From a bacterium (GTDB lineage Bacteria; UBA8248): DNA of 64,000 nucleotides. The notes under the pieces are model-generated. The model was not told the origin of the DNA and ran no database searches. It was given only the letters and a program-made list of their open reading frames with translations. The stretch is taken from positions 640,001 to 704,000 of the forward strand of contig OZ241996.1 of assembly GCA_965204535.1 (NCBI GenBank). Direction: 5' to 3'. Position numbers and translations under genes: made by a program. Shown here one piece after another: positions 30,103 through 40,215 of the stretch; the first letter of the stretch is position 1, and each line of letters begins with the position of its first letter.

Positions 30103-30121
30103 AGTTTCGTAGATGCGTTAA

Positions 30122-31408
30122 ATGCATGAGGACAGAATGATCCTGCCACGCCACCTGAGCGCCGAATTGCTGGACGCGCTGCGCTATTCACGTGTGATCA
30201 ACATCGTGGGGGCTCGTCAGGTGGGCAAGACAACGCTCGTTCGGGACATTCTCCAGAATGGAAGATTCATCACGCTCGACGATGATGCGTTGTTGGAAGC
30301 AATCGAAGACGACCCATGGGGGCAGTTGCAGCGGCTCGTCGGTGAGCTGAAAGATGGGCCGCTGGTAATCGACGAAGCGCAACGCTCCGGGAAGCTGTCG
30401 CTGGCGATCAAGAGGATTGTCGATCTCGGTAATCAAAAGGGGCAGTTTGTTCTCACGGGCTCCTCCAACATTTTCACAACGCTGCATGTGGCCGACTCGC
30501 TTGCCGGCCGCATGTTGACGCTGAAGTTGTGGCCGATGACCGTGGCCGAAACGATGTCGCGTGGCCCGTCGAAGATACTTGATTGGGCGATCTCCAAATC
30601 GCCGAACTTGAACGATCTGCCGGCGCCGGAAACCGCAACGAGGGCGGACTATATCGATCTCGTCCTGAGAGGAGGGTTTCCCGGGATCCGGGAGCTCGAT
30701 AACAGGAGGCGGCAGAAGGTCTATCGCGATTACGTTGATACGGTGGTGGATCGCGATGTTTCCGATATTGTCCGTATCCGAAAAAGCGACGCCCTGCGGC
30801 GTTTGCTTGATCAATTGGCCATTCGTACAGGTTCCGAACTCAACATCTCGTTGCTTTGCAAACTTATCGGTGTGCAACGGAATACTATCGAACAGTACCT
30901 TGATGTGCTGATACGGCTTTCGCTGGTCATCAAACTGGGTGCTTGGACATCTGGAGAAGCCCGCCGCGAGATTAAGAACGCAAAGCATCATTTCGCCGAT
31001 ACAGGGATAGCGGCGGCGCTACGAAACTTGACGCCGCGATCATTCGATCCCGATGCCGACCCCAAGGCACTTGGTGGATTGCTCGAGAGCTTTGTTGTTT
31101 CTGAACTCTTGCGTTCCGCGCCTTACCAGAATAACGGTTTTCGTTTCTATCACTGGCGCGACCAACGGGGGCGGGAGATCGATATTCTTGCGGAGAGCGC
31201 AAACGATGTGGCGGCCATTGAGGTAAAAGCGTCCTCCTCGGTGAGCCGTCAAGATTTCAGGCATTTGGAATGGTTTGCCGGCAAAGGTCCGGGAAAGACC
31301 CGGAAAGTGACCTCGATCGTTTTCTATTTCGGTGAAGAGAAGCTGGGATTCGGCGAACGTCGATATGCATTGCCGGTGAGTTGCTTGTGGGGAGCAACGC
31401 GGAAATGA
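30122..31408 (+). CDS. AAA_14 ATPase with DUF4143 (wHTH plus PD-(D/E)xK-like) C-terminus
   Basis: GARQVGKT, IDEAQ, LTGSS, LAGR, GGFP, DTG, YHWRD...EIDIL...IEVK. Confidence 0.9.
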   Translation: MHEDRMILPRHLSAELLDALRYSRVINIVGARQVGKTTLVRDILQNGRFITLDDDALLEAIEDDPWGQLQRLVGELKDGPLVIDEAQRSGKLSLAIKRIVDLGNQKGQFVLTGSSNIFTTLHVADSLAGRMLTLKLWPMTVAETMSRGPSKILDWAISKSPNLNDLPAPETATRADYIDLVLRGGFPGIRELDNRRRQKVYRDYVDTVVDRDVSDIVRIRKSDALRRLLDQLAIRTGSELNISLLCKLIGVQRNTIEQYLDVLIRLSLVIKLGAWTSGEARREIKNAKHHFADTGIAAALRNLTPRSFDPDADPKALGGLLESFVVSELLRSAPYQNNGFRFYHWRDQRGREIDILAESANDVAAIEVKASSSVSRQDFRHLEWFAGKGPGKTRKVTSIVFYFGEEKLGFGERRYALPVSCLWGATRK

Positions 31409-31483
31409 AACATTCGTTTCGAGGCATCTGGCGTATGCGTTGCCCTAGGTAGATGGCTTGAAAATACATCGATGAGGAGAGAC

Positions 31484-32299
31484 ATGAACTACCGTATTCT
31501 GGGCAGGACGGGGCTTGAAGTAAGCGAGATCGGCCTGGGCACATCGCATAATTTCATGCACATGGCGAGCGGCGAACCTGCCCGGTGCGTCGAGATCGTC
31601 CGGGAATGCCTGGATTGCGGGATCAATTTTTTCGATACCGCGCCCATATACGGGGAATCCGAGCGGGTGCTGGGTGAGGCGCTGGCCGGAAGCCGGGAGA
31701 AGATTGTCCTGGCGACCAAGGTGTGGGAGTCGAGCGCATCGGCGGCCCGCGCGAGCATCGAGCGCTCTTTCAGACGCCTGCGGACGGACGTGATAGACCT
31801 CCTGCAGATTCACAACATGGCGGGCTGGCGCGAGGTGACGCCCGTCATGCAGGCGTATCAGCAAGAGGGAAGAATCCGCTATCTGGGAATCACGGACAGG
31901 CGGCCGGAGAATTTCCCCGAACTCATCGAAGCCATGAAGACAGGCGCCTACGACGCCATCCAGATACCCTATTATCTGGGCGAGGTGCAGTGCCGCGAGG
32001 AGGTTCTGCCCCTGGCGGATGAGATGGACCTGGGCGTGATCGTCATGCGGCCATTCAGTCACCTGAAAAGCGGTTTGCTCGGGCCGGAAGGCTCCATCGC
32101 CCGTATGCCGGAACTGAAAGCGCATCATGACGGGACGCCGGGGCAGGCGCTCCTGAAATACCTTCTTGCGGACGAGAGGGTCTCCAGCGTCATTCCCGCC
32201 ACCGGCAGGGCGGGCCGCATGAGCGAGAACGCGGCGGCGTCGGGCGCAGGCGCGCTTTCCCCCGAAATCTGTTCGCGCTTAGAGGCGCTCGTAGGCTGA
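31484..32299 (+). CDS. aldo/keto reductase
   Basis: LGRTGLEVSEIGLG, FFDTAPIYG, ATKV, DLLQIH, VIPA. Confidence 0.92.
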   Translation: MNYRILGRTGLEVSEIGLGTSHNFMHMASGEPARCVEIVRECLDCGINFFDTAPIYGESERVLGEALAGSREKIVLATKVWESSASAARASIERSFRRLRTDVIDLLQIHNMAGWREVTPVMQAYQQEGRIRYLGITDRRPENFPELIEAMKTGAYDAIQIPYYLGEVQCREEVLPLADEMDLGVIVMRPFSHLKSGLLGPEGSIARMPELKAHHDGTPGQALLKYLLADERVSSVIPATGRAGRMSENAAASGAGALSPEICSRLEALVG

Positions 32300-32315
32300 A
32301 TCGATATTTATCGCG

Positions 32316-32769
32316 AGTTGTTGAAAAAGTCCCCGTCGGGGGACATTGCCTTTAGAGGGGAGGTCGATTTCGCGCGAACCCCCTACCTCCCTCTTTGAAA
32401 GCAACCCCCCCTACCCCCCCTTGTCAGGGGGCAAGAAAAAGCAAAGTCCCTCAACCCGGCGGGGGCGTATCGCCTTTTTATACCCCCCTCCGACAAGGGC
32501 CTATTGAAAAACCCCTTTGAGGAGGGGGGGCGGAGGGAATCATGGTTTTGTAGGGGCCGCATACATGCGGCCCGTCGCAGGGCGGCGAAAAATCAGGGTC
32601 GCATGTATGCGACCCCTACACACAAACAAATTTCCTCTCTCAGGGTTTTTCAACAGTCCCTCAAGAGGGGAGGGATTTTCCTCTCTGCTTGGTCGAGGGA
32701 GACCACCGCCGGAATGACGAACAAAACCACACCCTCCCCAAGGGCCGGATTTCGGGTTATTCAACAACC
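32316..32769. mobile_element. MITE-like element with a nested copy and REP-like cargo
   Basis: ends AGTTGTTGAAAAA and TATTCAACAACC; flanks share TATCGC in the same register; inner CTATTGAAAAA..TTTTTCAACAG pair. Confidence 0.55.
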
Positions 32770-32771
32770 CC

Positions 32772-33383
32772 CTATCGCCCGGATTTGCGAGTGAGACTCG
32801 GGAGATATCGGTACGTCTGCTCGGCGTATTTCTCGTAAACGGCGCCGTGCAGGTTGCGAAGATGCGGCTCCTCGACGTGGCGCACCTGCAACTCGATGCC
32901 CATCCAGGCCGTGGCGAGGTAAATCAGCATGTATATGTGCGGGAACAACACCAGCATGCCGATGCAGAACAGGAACACGCCGCTATAGATCGGGTTCCTG
33001 ACGAGGGAGTAGAGCCCATCCGTCACCAAATCGGTTTTCTCGACCTGGTCGACGCCGAACCTCCACGCGGTTCCCATCTGGTATTGCGCAATGACCATGA
33101 TCGTGATTCCGGCAAGCGAAATAGCTGCGCCGAGTGATCTTCCTGACTCGCCGGGATCGATTTGCGGATGAATCTCTCCGGTGGCGTCGAGCAAGGAGAG
33201 AACGAAAGTAGCTGAGAATGAGGCGAGCATAAGGATGCTCGTGTAGGTGGCGATTCTCGGAGCGGTTCGCTTCACCGTGCGTATGCCGAGATCTCCGGTG
33301 GCCAGGTAGTGAAGCGCGATTCTCCCGCCCACGGCGAACACCACGAAGACGAGATAGAGCGTCAGCGCATTGACGCCGATCAT
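32772..33383 (-). CDS. isoprenylcysteine carboxylmethyltransferase/PEMT-family membrane protein
   Basis: QMGTAWRFG, LVTDGLYSLVRNPIY, EEPHL...G..Y..Y. Confidence 0.88.
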   Translation of the reverse strand: MIGVNALTLYLVFVVFAVGGRIALHYLATGDLGIRTVKRTAPRIATYTSILMLASFSATFVLSLLDATGEIHPQIDPGESGRSLGAAISLAGITIMVIAQYQMGTAWRFGVDQVEKTDLVTDGLYSLVRNPIYSGVFLFCIGMLVLFPHIYMLIYLATAWMGIELQVRHVEEPHLRNLHGAVYEKYAEQTYRYLPSLTRKSGR

Positions 33384-33490
33384 ACAGGCTCCCGACTTTT
33401 TGCGGTCATTCCGTCAGGCGGAACACGAAGGACGGATGCTCCCACTCGTTTGGCTGACGCCTTCGAAGGGGAGCGCGAATCGCCGGGCGG

Positions 33491-33808
33491 TCAAGACGCC
33501 GTGGAGATGGCTCCGACCTCGTTATCCACGATGACGGGCGAGGTGAAGTATTCGATCTCAGGCTCTACGCCGAGGCGCTCGCGTATCCCGGCGCGCCAGG
33601 CGTCGTCGTAGAGCCGCTCGGCGTCTTCGCGCGACTCGAACAGATAGACCCCGCCGCCTGTGCGCACGTCGTCCGACACCAGATAGTATTTGCGTACCAG
33701 ACCCGGCACGTCACGGTAGAGAGGGGCCGAGTGCTCGAAGGCCGCGGCCATCTCCTCTTGGGTCTTTCCCTCGGGAAGCGTGAAGCGAACGATTGCGGTG
33801 ACTGCCAT
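33491..33808 (-). CDS. YdhR-like dimeric alpha/beta-barrel putative monooxygenase, copy 2
   Basis: YRDVPGLVRKYYL, GGGVYLFES, PVIVDN. Confidence 0.82.
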   Translation of the reverse strand: MAVTAIVRFTLPEGKTQEEMAAAFEHSAPLYRDVPGLVRKYYLVSDDVRTGGGVYLFESREDAERLYDDAWRAGIRERLGVEPEIEYFTSPVIVDNEVGAISTAS

Positions 33809-33820
33809 GAAGCGTCCTCC

Positions 33821-34135
33821 TTATGCCGTGGAAGCGGCCTTGGCTTCGTTGTCGACGATGACGGGCGAGTCGAAGTACTGGACGTCGGGCTCGACCCCCA
33901 TGCGCTCGCGCAGCCTGGCGCGCCAGACCTCGTCGTGGACCCGCTCGGCGTCTTCGCGCGACTCGAAGATATAGACCCCGCCGCCTGTCCGCCGGTCTTC
34001 GGACAGCAGATAGTATTTGCGCAAGAGGCCGGGTACGTCGCGGTAGAGAGCCGTCGAACTCTCGAAACCGGCAACCAGCTCCTCCTCGGTCTTTCCTTCG
34101 GGAAGCGCGAAATTGACAACTGCGGTAACGGCCAT
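33821..34135 (-). CDS. YdhR-like putative monooxygenase, copy 1
   Basis: tandem paralogue of 33491..33808. Confidence 0.82.
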   Translation of the reverse strand: MAVTAVVNFALPEGKTEEELVAGFESSTALYRDVPGLLRKYYLLSEDRRTGGGVYIFESREDAERVHDEVWRARLRERMGVEPDVQYFDSPVIVDNEAKAASTA

Positions 34136-34284
34136 GAAAGGTCCTCCTTGTGTGGTGGATTCGCTTTGAATTATAGCATGAAACGGGAGATGGGATTTGC
34201 GTAGGTACCACGGGTTTTATCTGTCCGTCTTCGTTCTCTCTAGCTCAATTGGCACGCTCTGAGTTTTGTAGCGTTAAGAAGTGA

Positions 34285-34881
34285 TTAGTTCGACGTATTT
34301 GGATCTGTCGCAGCACGTCTGGAATCCAACTCAGAAATTCGGCTAAATTCAATTTCAAAGAACTCAACAATGTCCCATTTTCCGAAGGTAAGGTTTCTCT
34401 CCGGTAGTTTGTATTCCTTGCGAATACGCTGTGCGAGTTGGATTGCACGCACTCCCATTTTGACTGTATTTTCTGAGGCAGCATTGCGCACGCAATCAAT
34501 GTCAGCGATGACATCCCACCAAAATGCAGGCTCCCGGTCAGCCATTTGGCACCGTTGCGGAAAGTCAAGAATCGCTTCCAAGATTTCGGATTTCATGAGT
34601 GCATAGTCGAGACTGTCAGGAAATGACGGAGGTTGCGGTACATTGCTCATATATTTGCCAGCTTGACCGTCATGATCCATAGCCAGCTTGTGGTCACTTA
34701 GCTTCTCGCCACATTCAATCGCGTATCCTTCGAGGGAAAATACTATCCTAAGAGCCAAGTGGCGAATGCGATCTTTTCTGGAACGCCTGTGTCTCCAGTG
34801 TTCTAGTCCCAATGACACAAGAGCTACGCTAGCACCACTTGCCAGGATAGTAGGCAAATGAGTAGTAAGCGTATCCATCAT
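34285..34881 (-). CDS. hypothetical protein with N-terminal TM helix, AT-rich
   Basis: 198-aa ORF, RBS GGAG, hydrophobic N-terminus followed by a basic patch. Confidence 0.65.
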   Translation of the reverse strand: MMDTLTTHLPTILASGASVALVSLGLEHWRHRRSRKDRIRHLALRIVFSLEGYAIECGEKLSDHKLAMDHDGQAGKYMSNVPQPPSFPDSLDYALMKSEILEAILDFPQRCQMADREPAFWWDVIADIDCVRNAASENTVKMGVRAIQLAQRIRKEYKLPERNLTFGKWDIVEFFEIEFSRISELDSRRAATDPNTSN

Positions 34882-35157
34882 GAGGTTTTATCTCCGTGCT
34901 AAAATTTCTGAAATTGTCGATGCCGGGATACATACCGCTCCATATCGCAAAGAATTCGGTCTGAATGATAGCATTAAACAGAGAAGAGAAAGCGTGGAAG
35001 AATGGTTAGTTATTTTCACGCCAATGAAAGCACTGCAGAAACTATAATTGAGAATTGTCCAGAAAGGTAATTACTGTCTCATGTAACATCATATTGCTGA
35101 GACCACAGTTAGCATTGCAATAGTATAGAAGAATCGGGCTTCAAGACAGGATTAAAT

Positions 35158-36303
35158 TTAGAATATGTTTGTCGAGTAGTCATCATCGTACACATCGTCA
35201 CTATAGTCGATATCTACAAAGTCGAAATCTACTGTGTCAATCGTTTCGGCCAATTCCAGGCCCGATAATGTAATTTCTATCGGAGCGGAGGAGAAATTTC
35301 CCTCGAATGAGAAAAGAACTGAAGCATCGAATTCCACCTCAGTTTCTGCATTTGTGCTACCGATTGGGAAGTAATCTTTGTCAATGGGATCCTTGGTCGA
35401 AAAGGTAAATTGGCACTCGGCTTTGGCTTGGATATTAACTCCAACTTGGGCAACGATTTTGCCATTCCCGATTTGCACTACTGTGAAATCGAACCCATCT
35501 TCAGATTTGATAAATTGAAAATCCTCAAGATATAGGAATACCCAGTCCGCTTCATAGCGGTATGCAGAACTTGCTTCAGGATAAACATTCATTTCGTTAA
35601 CTGCATCGCTCATGGCATTGGTAACTTGTTCGAGCAGAGCGGGTCGGTTGTCTTGACCCATATCCGATAACAACATAGCTATAATCTTCATAGCTTCTTC
35701 TGTGTGCTGTTGCAGTATCTGAAGAGCCTTTGCGAGATCTTCTTCAATATCGAGCCACTTTGAACTTTTCGCAAAATCGACCCATCCAGTATCCTTGGAA
35801 ATGGCCAATATCTTTTTTTGCTCTGATTCCGCGAACTTCTCCAAGGATAGAAGGGCGATGGCATCTGGAAATTCATTCTTTTTATTGCCTGATGTTTCGA
35901 AAGGGGCGGAAGGCTTAAAATAACGTAGAATAAGTTCCTTTACGTCAGCATTTTCTGCTGGTATCCATCTCATACCTGTCATGTCAGCAAATGTTTGAAG
36001 ACGTTGTTTCGCAGCATTATCAGCCGTGAGAGCCTTTTTGAATAAACCGTCTAACTGTTCTGAGATTTCTTGGGTGAACAAACCATTCTTGCGCGATTCC
36101 CGACTTGCTTTCTTGATCGCCTCTTGAGCTTTTTGGGCTTCAATCTTGAGGTATTTGTGAATTTCTCTGACAACAATTTCAGATAGTACGAATTCGACTG
36201 AGCCTTCCTTAAATTGTGTCAATTGCCCTAAAATACCCCCTTCAAGATTCCATCCCTTGTTCCGAAATATATTGGTGTCAAGGGTAATTGCGTCGTATTT
36301 CAT
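35158..36303 (-). CDS. PIN-domain protein (PIN_12/DUF4935-like), AT-rich
   Basis: TLDTNIF, EIVVRE, KKNEFPDA, SKDTGW acidic PIN tetrad; acidic C-terminal domain. Confidence 0.8.
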   Translation of the reverse strand: MKYDAITLDTNIFRNKGWNLEGGILGQLTQFKEGSVEFVLSEIVVREIHKYLKIEAQKAQEAIKKASRESRKNGLFTQEISEQLDGLFKKALTADNAAKQRLQTFADMTGMRWIPAENADVKELILRYFKPSAPFETSGNKKNEFPDAIALLSLEKFAESEQKKILAISKDTGWVDFAKSSKWLDIEEDLAKALQILQQHTEEAMKIIAMLLSDMGQDNRPALLEQVTNAMSDAVNEMNVYPEASSAYRYEADWVFLYLEDFQFIKSEDGFDFTVVQIGNGKIVAQVGVNIQAKAECQFTFSTKDPIDKDYFPIGSTNAETEVEFDASVLFSFEGNFSSAPIEITLSGLELAETIDTVDFDFVDIDYSDDVYDDDYSTNIF

Positions 36304-36396
36304 AATTTCGATTCTTCTTAATAATTACAATTCAAACTGCTATTAGTATCGAAAAATTCATTTAATATTTATTCTCAGTGTAACACCCTATTCAAC

Positions 36397-36798
36397 TCAC
36401 CCAACCGGATACATCCGCGTGACGCGCAGCCTCGCCACGAGGCGCTTCTCGTTCTTCATCGCTTGCAGGTATTCGTCGAGGTCGTCGGGGTCCTTTCCGG
36501 TGATGCGGCGGTAGAGATCGAGGTTTTTCGCGCCGTCTGGGTCCTCGACGAGTTCTGCCTCGCCCTCCGCGCAGAGATAGGGATAGAAGCTGTCCTGCGG
36601 CATCACGCAAAGCGTGGCCCTGGAGTCCCGCTTGAGATTCCTGGCCTTCACGCGGTTCCACGTCATGGATATCTCGGCGACGCCGTCTTGGTAATCGAAC
36701 ACGATGGGCGTGGGGTGCGATCTGCCGTCCGCGAGCAGGGTGCTCAGGACGCCGTAATGCTGCTCGTTCAGGAAGGCCAGCGCCTCGTCATGCGTCAT
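36397..36798 (-). CDS. PPOX-class (pyridoxamine 5'-phosphate oxidase-like) oxidoreductase
   Basis: GVLSTL..DGRSH, KARNLKRDSR, EGEAE, EKRLV. Confidence 0.85.
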   Translation of the reverse strand: MTHDEALAFLNEQHYGVLSTLLADGRSHPTPIVFDYQDGVAEISMTWNRVKARNLKRDSRATLCVMPQDSFYPYLCAEGEAELVEDPDGAKNLDLYRRITGKDPDDLDEYLQAMKNEKRLVARLRVTRMYPVG

Positions 36799-36809
36799 GG
36801 AGGTTCTCC

Positions 36810-37613
36810 TTATGAGTCCGAATCAATCACCGCCTCGACGAAATCATCGAACGCGGCGCAAAAGGCCCCGGGCGCATCCTGCATCGGGAAATGCCCGCAG
36901 GCGGGGATTATGGTTTTCACGCAATTCGCGATTCGCTCTTCGAACATCTCCCCATACGCCATCGCCCCGGCGTCTCCCTCGCCCACGCAGACCCAGGTGG
37001 GGACGTGGATTTCTTCCAGGCGCTCCCTCATGTCCGGCGTGTCGAGGATGGCGTCCACCGCCGCGGCGTAATCCTCAGGGGTGTTCTTGAGAAAGCGCTT
37101 CCTGAATTCTTCCGCGCTCGCTCCGTCGACGTAGTCCCGTGGCAGCGTCGCCCGCATTCCCTCGCTTGCCAGGGCCGCCTCGATTCCCTCATCGAGCGCG
37201 AGTTGCCGGAGAAGTTCGAAGCGTCCCCTCATTTCTCCTTCAGGCGCTGCGGCGGATGAGGCGACGAGCATCAGGCTGTCGACCCTCTCCGGGTGCTCGA
37301 GAGCGAACAACAGGGCGGTCCGTCCGCCCATGCTGTGTCCCATGAGGTGGACCCTGTCGAGTCCCCAGAAGTTGAGGAGCGCGAGCAGGTCCTCGGCCAG
37401 GGTTTCGATACCAAATGGGCCGAGGCGCTTGCTCGATCCCCCGTGGCCCCGATGGTCGTATGCAAAGGCCTGAAAGCGGCCTGCGAGCGCATCCATCACC
37501 GGCTCCCAGGTGTATATGGAATTGACGAATCCGTGCATCGCGACCAGGGGCGCGCCGCTTCCTTTCACGGTGTATGTGAGGTTCACGCCGTTCACCGTCG
37601 CCACCGGCATCAT
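36810..37613 (-). CDS. alpha/beta hydrolase
   Basis: MHGF, DHRGHGGS, GHSMGG, CGHF. Confidence 0.9.
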   Translation of the reverse strand: MMPVATVNGVNLTYTVKGSGAPLVAMHGFVNSIYTWEPVMDALAGRFQAFAYDHRGHGGSSKRLGPFGIETLAEDLLALLNFWGLDRVHLMGHSMGGRTALLFALEHPERVDSLMLVASSAAAPEGEMRGRFELLRQLALDEGIEAALASEGMRATLPRDYVDGASAEEFRKRFLKNTPEDYAAAVDAILDTPDMRERLEEIHVPTWVCVGEGDAGAMAYGEMFEERIANCVKTIIPACGHFPMQDAPGAFCAAFDDFVEAVIDSDS

Positions 37614-37730
37614 CCGCTCCTCCGGTTGAGAGAAATACGCCTTTCGCCTTTGCCGAGTCGCTAGAATACCCTATTATGCGGTTTTTCGCAGAATGGCTCA
37701 TCCGCTCGGCTCATTGACGGGAATTCGCGC

Positions 37731-38420
37731 ATGGACGGGAAAAGTGTGGCGGTCGTCCTCCTGAGCGGCGGCATGGATTCCGCCGTCGTACTGGCCATCG
37801 CGAAAGGGGAGGGATTCGCCTGCGAGGCGCTCAGTTTCGATTATGGGCAAAGGCACCGCTGCGAACTGGAGGCTGCCCGAAAAGTGGCGAAACAAATCGG
37901 CGCGTCCGGCCACACCGTCTTGTCCATCGACATGCGTCCCATCGGCGGCAGCGCGCTCACGGACGACATCGAAGTGCCCAAAGAGCGCGATGACATCGGG
38001 GAGGGCATACCGGTAACGTACGTTCCTGCGCGAAACACCATCTTTCTGAGCTATGCGCTCGCCCTGGCCGAGGTGAAGGGCGCGAGCGACATCTTCATCG
38101 GGGTGAACGCGCTCGATTATTCGGGGTATCCCGACTGCCGTCCGGAATACATAAACGCCTATGCGCAAATGGCGCGCCTGGCGACGAAATCGGGCGTTGG
38201 GGGCGCGCCTCTCGATATTCATACGCCTTTGAGCGCGATGCGAAAGTCCGACATTGCGCGAAAGGGTCTGGAACTGGGGGTGGATTTTTCTCTCACCCAT
38301 ACCTGTTACGATCCACTGGATGACGGGCGGCCCTGCGGGTTGTGCGACGCCTGCATCCTGAGGCGCAAGGGGTTCGAGGAAATCGGGGAGCGCGACCCGC
38401 TCCCTTATCCCGCTGCTTGA
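37731..38420 (+). CDS. queC: 7-cyano-7-deazaguanine synthase
   Basis: [39 protein letters not shown]. Confidence 0.96.
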   Translation: MDGKSVAVVLLSGGMDSAVVLAIAKGEGFACEALSFDYGQRHRCELEAARKVAKQIGASGHTVLSIDMRPIGGSALTDDIEVPKERDDIGEGIPVTYVPARNTIFLSYALALAEVKGASDIFIGVNALDYSGYPDCRPEYINAYAQMARLATKSGVGGAPLDIHTPLSAMRKSDIARKGLELGVDFSLTHTCYDPLDDGRPCGLCDACILRRKGFEEIGERDPLPYPAA

Positions 38421-38434
38421 TGTACGGAGGAATC

Positions 38435-40102
38435 GTGGAAGAGATACGAACGGACGTGTTGGTCGTCGGCGGAGGGCTGGCCGGAACCTTGGCCGCTCTG
38501 GCCGCGCGAGAAGAGGGGGCGGACGTCTGCATCGCCATGAAGGGCGAGGCCGGCCTGACGGGCAATTCCGCGCGCGCGGGCGGCGTTTTCGCAACGGTAT
38601 TGGAGGGCTTCTCCCCGCCGGAAGATTCCGTGGAAACCATGGTGGCGGATAATTTCCGCAGCGGATGGTTCATGTCCGACCCCGCGCTGGTGCGGGCGGT
38701 CGCAGCCGAGTCGGGCGCGGCCATAGAGCGCCTGCGTGATTACGTGGTTCCCTTCCTGGAGAAAAACGGCCGGATGACGCCCACGAAACTCCCCGGCCAC
38801 ACCTATCCCCGGGGAGCGCGCGTGCCGGGCGGCGGCCCCCGGATGATGATGATTCTCGGTGCCCGGCTCGCGCAGAGTGGCGCGCGCGTTCTGGAGGGTC
38901 TCTCTTTCATTGGAATGCTGCGTGACGGCGGGGGCAGGGTCGTGGGAACTGATTTTCAGGGAGAGGGGGACTCAAGCCTGCTTCGGGTGCACGCTCGCGC
39001 CACGGTTCTCGCGATGGGCGGCTTGGGGGGGATGTACCCCATCACCACGAACGCGCCGGGCGTCGCCGGCGTCGGCTACGGGGCGGCGCTCGACGCCGGG
39101 GCGCGGCTCAGGGACATGGAGTTCGTGCAATTCACGCCGACGGCGATGGCCCATCCGCCGCAGCTCAGGGGCAGAAACTCGGGCGGCATGGCGCTTTCCT
39201 TCCCTGAAGTGCGGTTGCGGAACACCCTGAACGAGCGGTTCATGGCCCGCTATGCGCCCGATGACATGGAACACGCCAAGCGCGACGTTCTCTCCCGCGC
39301 GATGCACCGCGAAATCGTCGAGGGGCGCGGAACTGAAAACGGCGGCCTGTATCTCGATTTGACCAAGGCGCCCTATGACGGGCTGAGAGACGTGATGGGC
39401 GAGATCCTCGATGATTTCGAGGCGGCGGGTCTCGACGTGCGAAAAGAGCCGATAGAAATCGCTCCCGCCGCACACTCGTGCATGGGCGGCGTCATCATCG
39501 ACACGAACGGGAAGACGGACGTGGAAGGCCTCTTCGCCGCCGGTGAGAACGGCGGCGGCCTGCACGGGGCGAATCGTCTGGCGAGCGGGGGCCTCACCGT
39601 CTGCGCCGTCATGGGCGACCGGGCGGGTCGGGCCGCCGCTCATGTGGAAGGAGAGGGCGGGCCGCCCGAGAAGAATGAAAGGGATGCGCGAGGCGCAGAG
39701 CAAACGAGTGAAAATCAACTCGATGAAATTGAAGAAAATATCCGAGACGCCATGTTCTCCGCAGGAGGCATCGAGCGGACTTCGGAGGCGCTGCAGGATG
39801 GACTGGAGAGAATCGCCGCTCAACGAGAAAGCATAAAAGCGCTGACGCCCGCAGGTTCGCTCGTCTCGCGCCATGCGCAGACGAGGCTCATGTGCCTGAC
39901 GGCGGAGGCGATGCTGGGCGCGATGCTCATGCGCGCTGAAAGCCGGGGGGCGCATACGAGGTCTGATTTCCCCGAGCGGGACGATGAGAACTGGCTGGCG
40001 AATATCCACGTTTCGCTGGGGGCTGATGGAACGGCGGCGCACGAGAAGGCTCCCATAGCGGATGAGTTGCGCGAGGCGTCGGCGATACATGCGAGCCCCT
40101 GA
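38435..40102 (+). CDS. SdhA/FrdA/NadB-superfamily flavoprotein, stand-alone
   Basis: GGGLAG, DMEFVQFTPT, HSCMGG, LHGANRL, ESRGAH.R.DFP; RBS GGAGG before GTG (alternative ATG 38420 overlaps the queC stop). Confidence 0.85.
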   Translation: MEEIRTDVLVVGGGLAGTLAALAAREEGADVCIAMKGEAGLTGNSARAGGVFATVLEGFSPPEDSVETMVADNFRSGWFMSDPALVRAVAAESGAAIERLRDYVVPFLEKNGRMTPTKLPGHTYPRGARVPGGGPRMMMILGARLAQSGARVLEGLSFIGMLRDGGGRVVGTDFQGEGDSSLLRVHARATVLAMGGLGGMYPITTNAPGVAGVGYGAALDAGARLRDMEFVQFTPTAMAHPPQLRGRNSGGMALSFPEVRLRNTLNERFMARYAPDDMEHAKRDVLSRAMHREIVEGRGTENGGLYLDLTKAPYDGLRDVMGEILDDFEAAGLDVRKEPIEIAPAAHSCMGGVIIDTNGKTDVEGLFAAGENGGGLHGANRLASGGLTVCAVMGDRAGRAAAHVEGEGGPPEKNERDARGAEQTSENQLDEIEENIRDAMFSAGGIERTSEALQDGLERIAAQRESIKALTPAGSLVSRHAQTRLMCLTAEAMLGAMLMRAESRGAHTRSDFPERDDENWLANIHVSLGADGTAAHEKAPIADELREASAIHASP

Positions 40103-40215
40103 GAGATGCGAGAGCAGTTGCGGTTTGAAGTTGACACCATCATAGGCGCTGGAGGATAACCAAGGAATACACACTTACTTTCGACAAGAATTCTTCTCGA
40201 GAATCTGGAGGAGTT

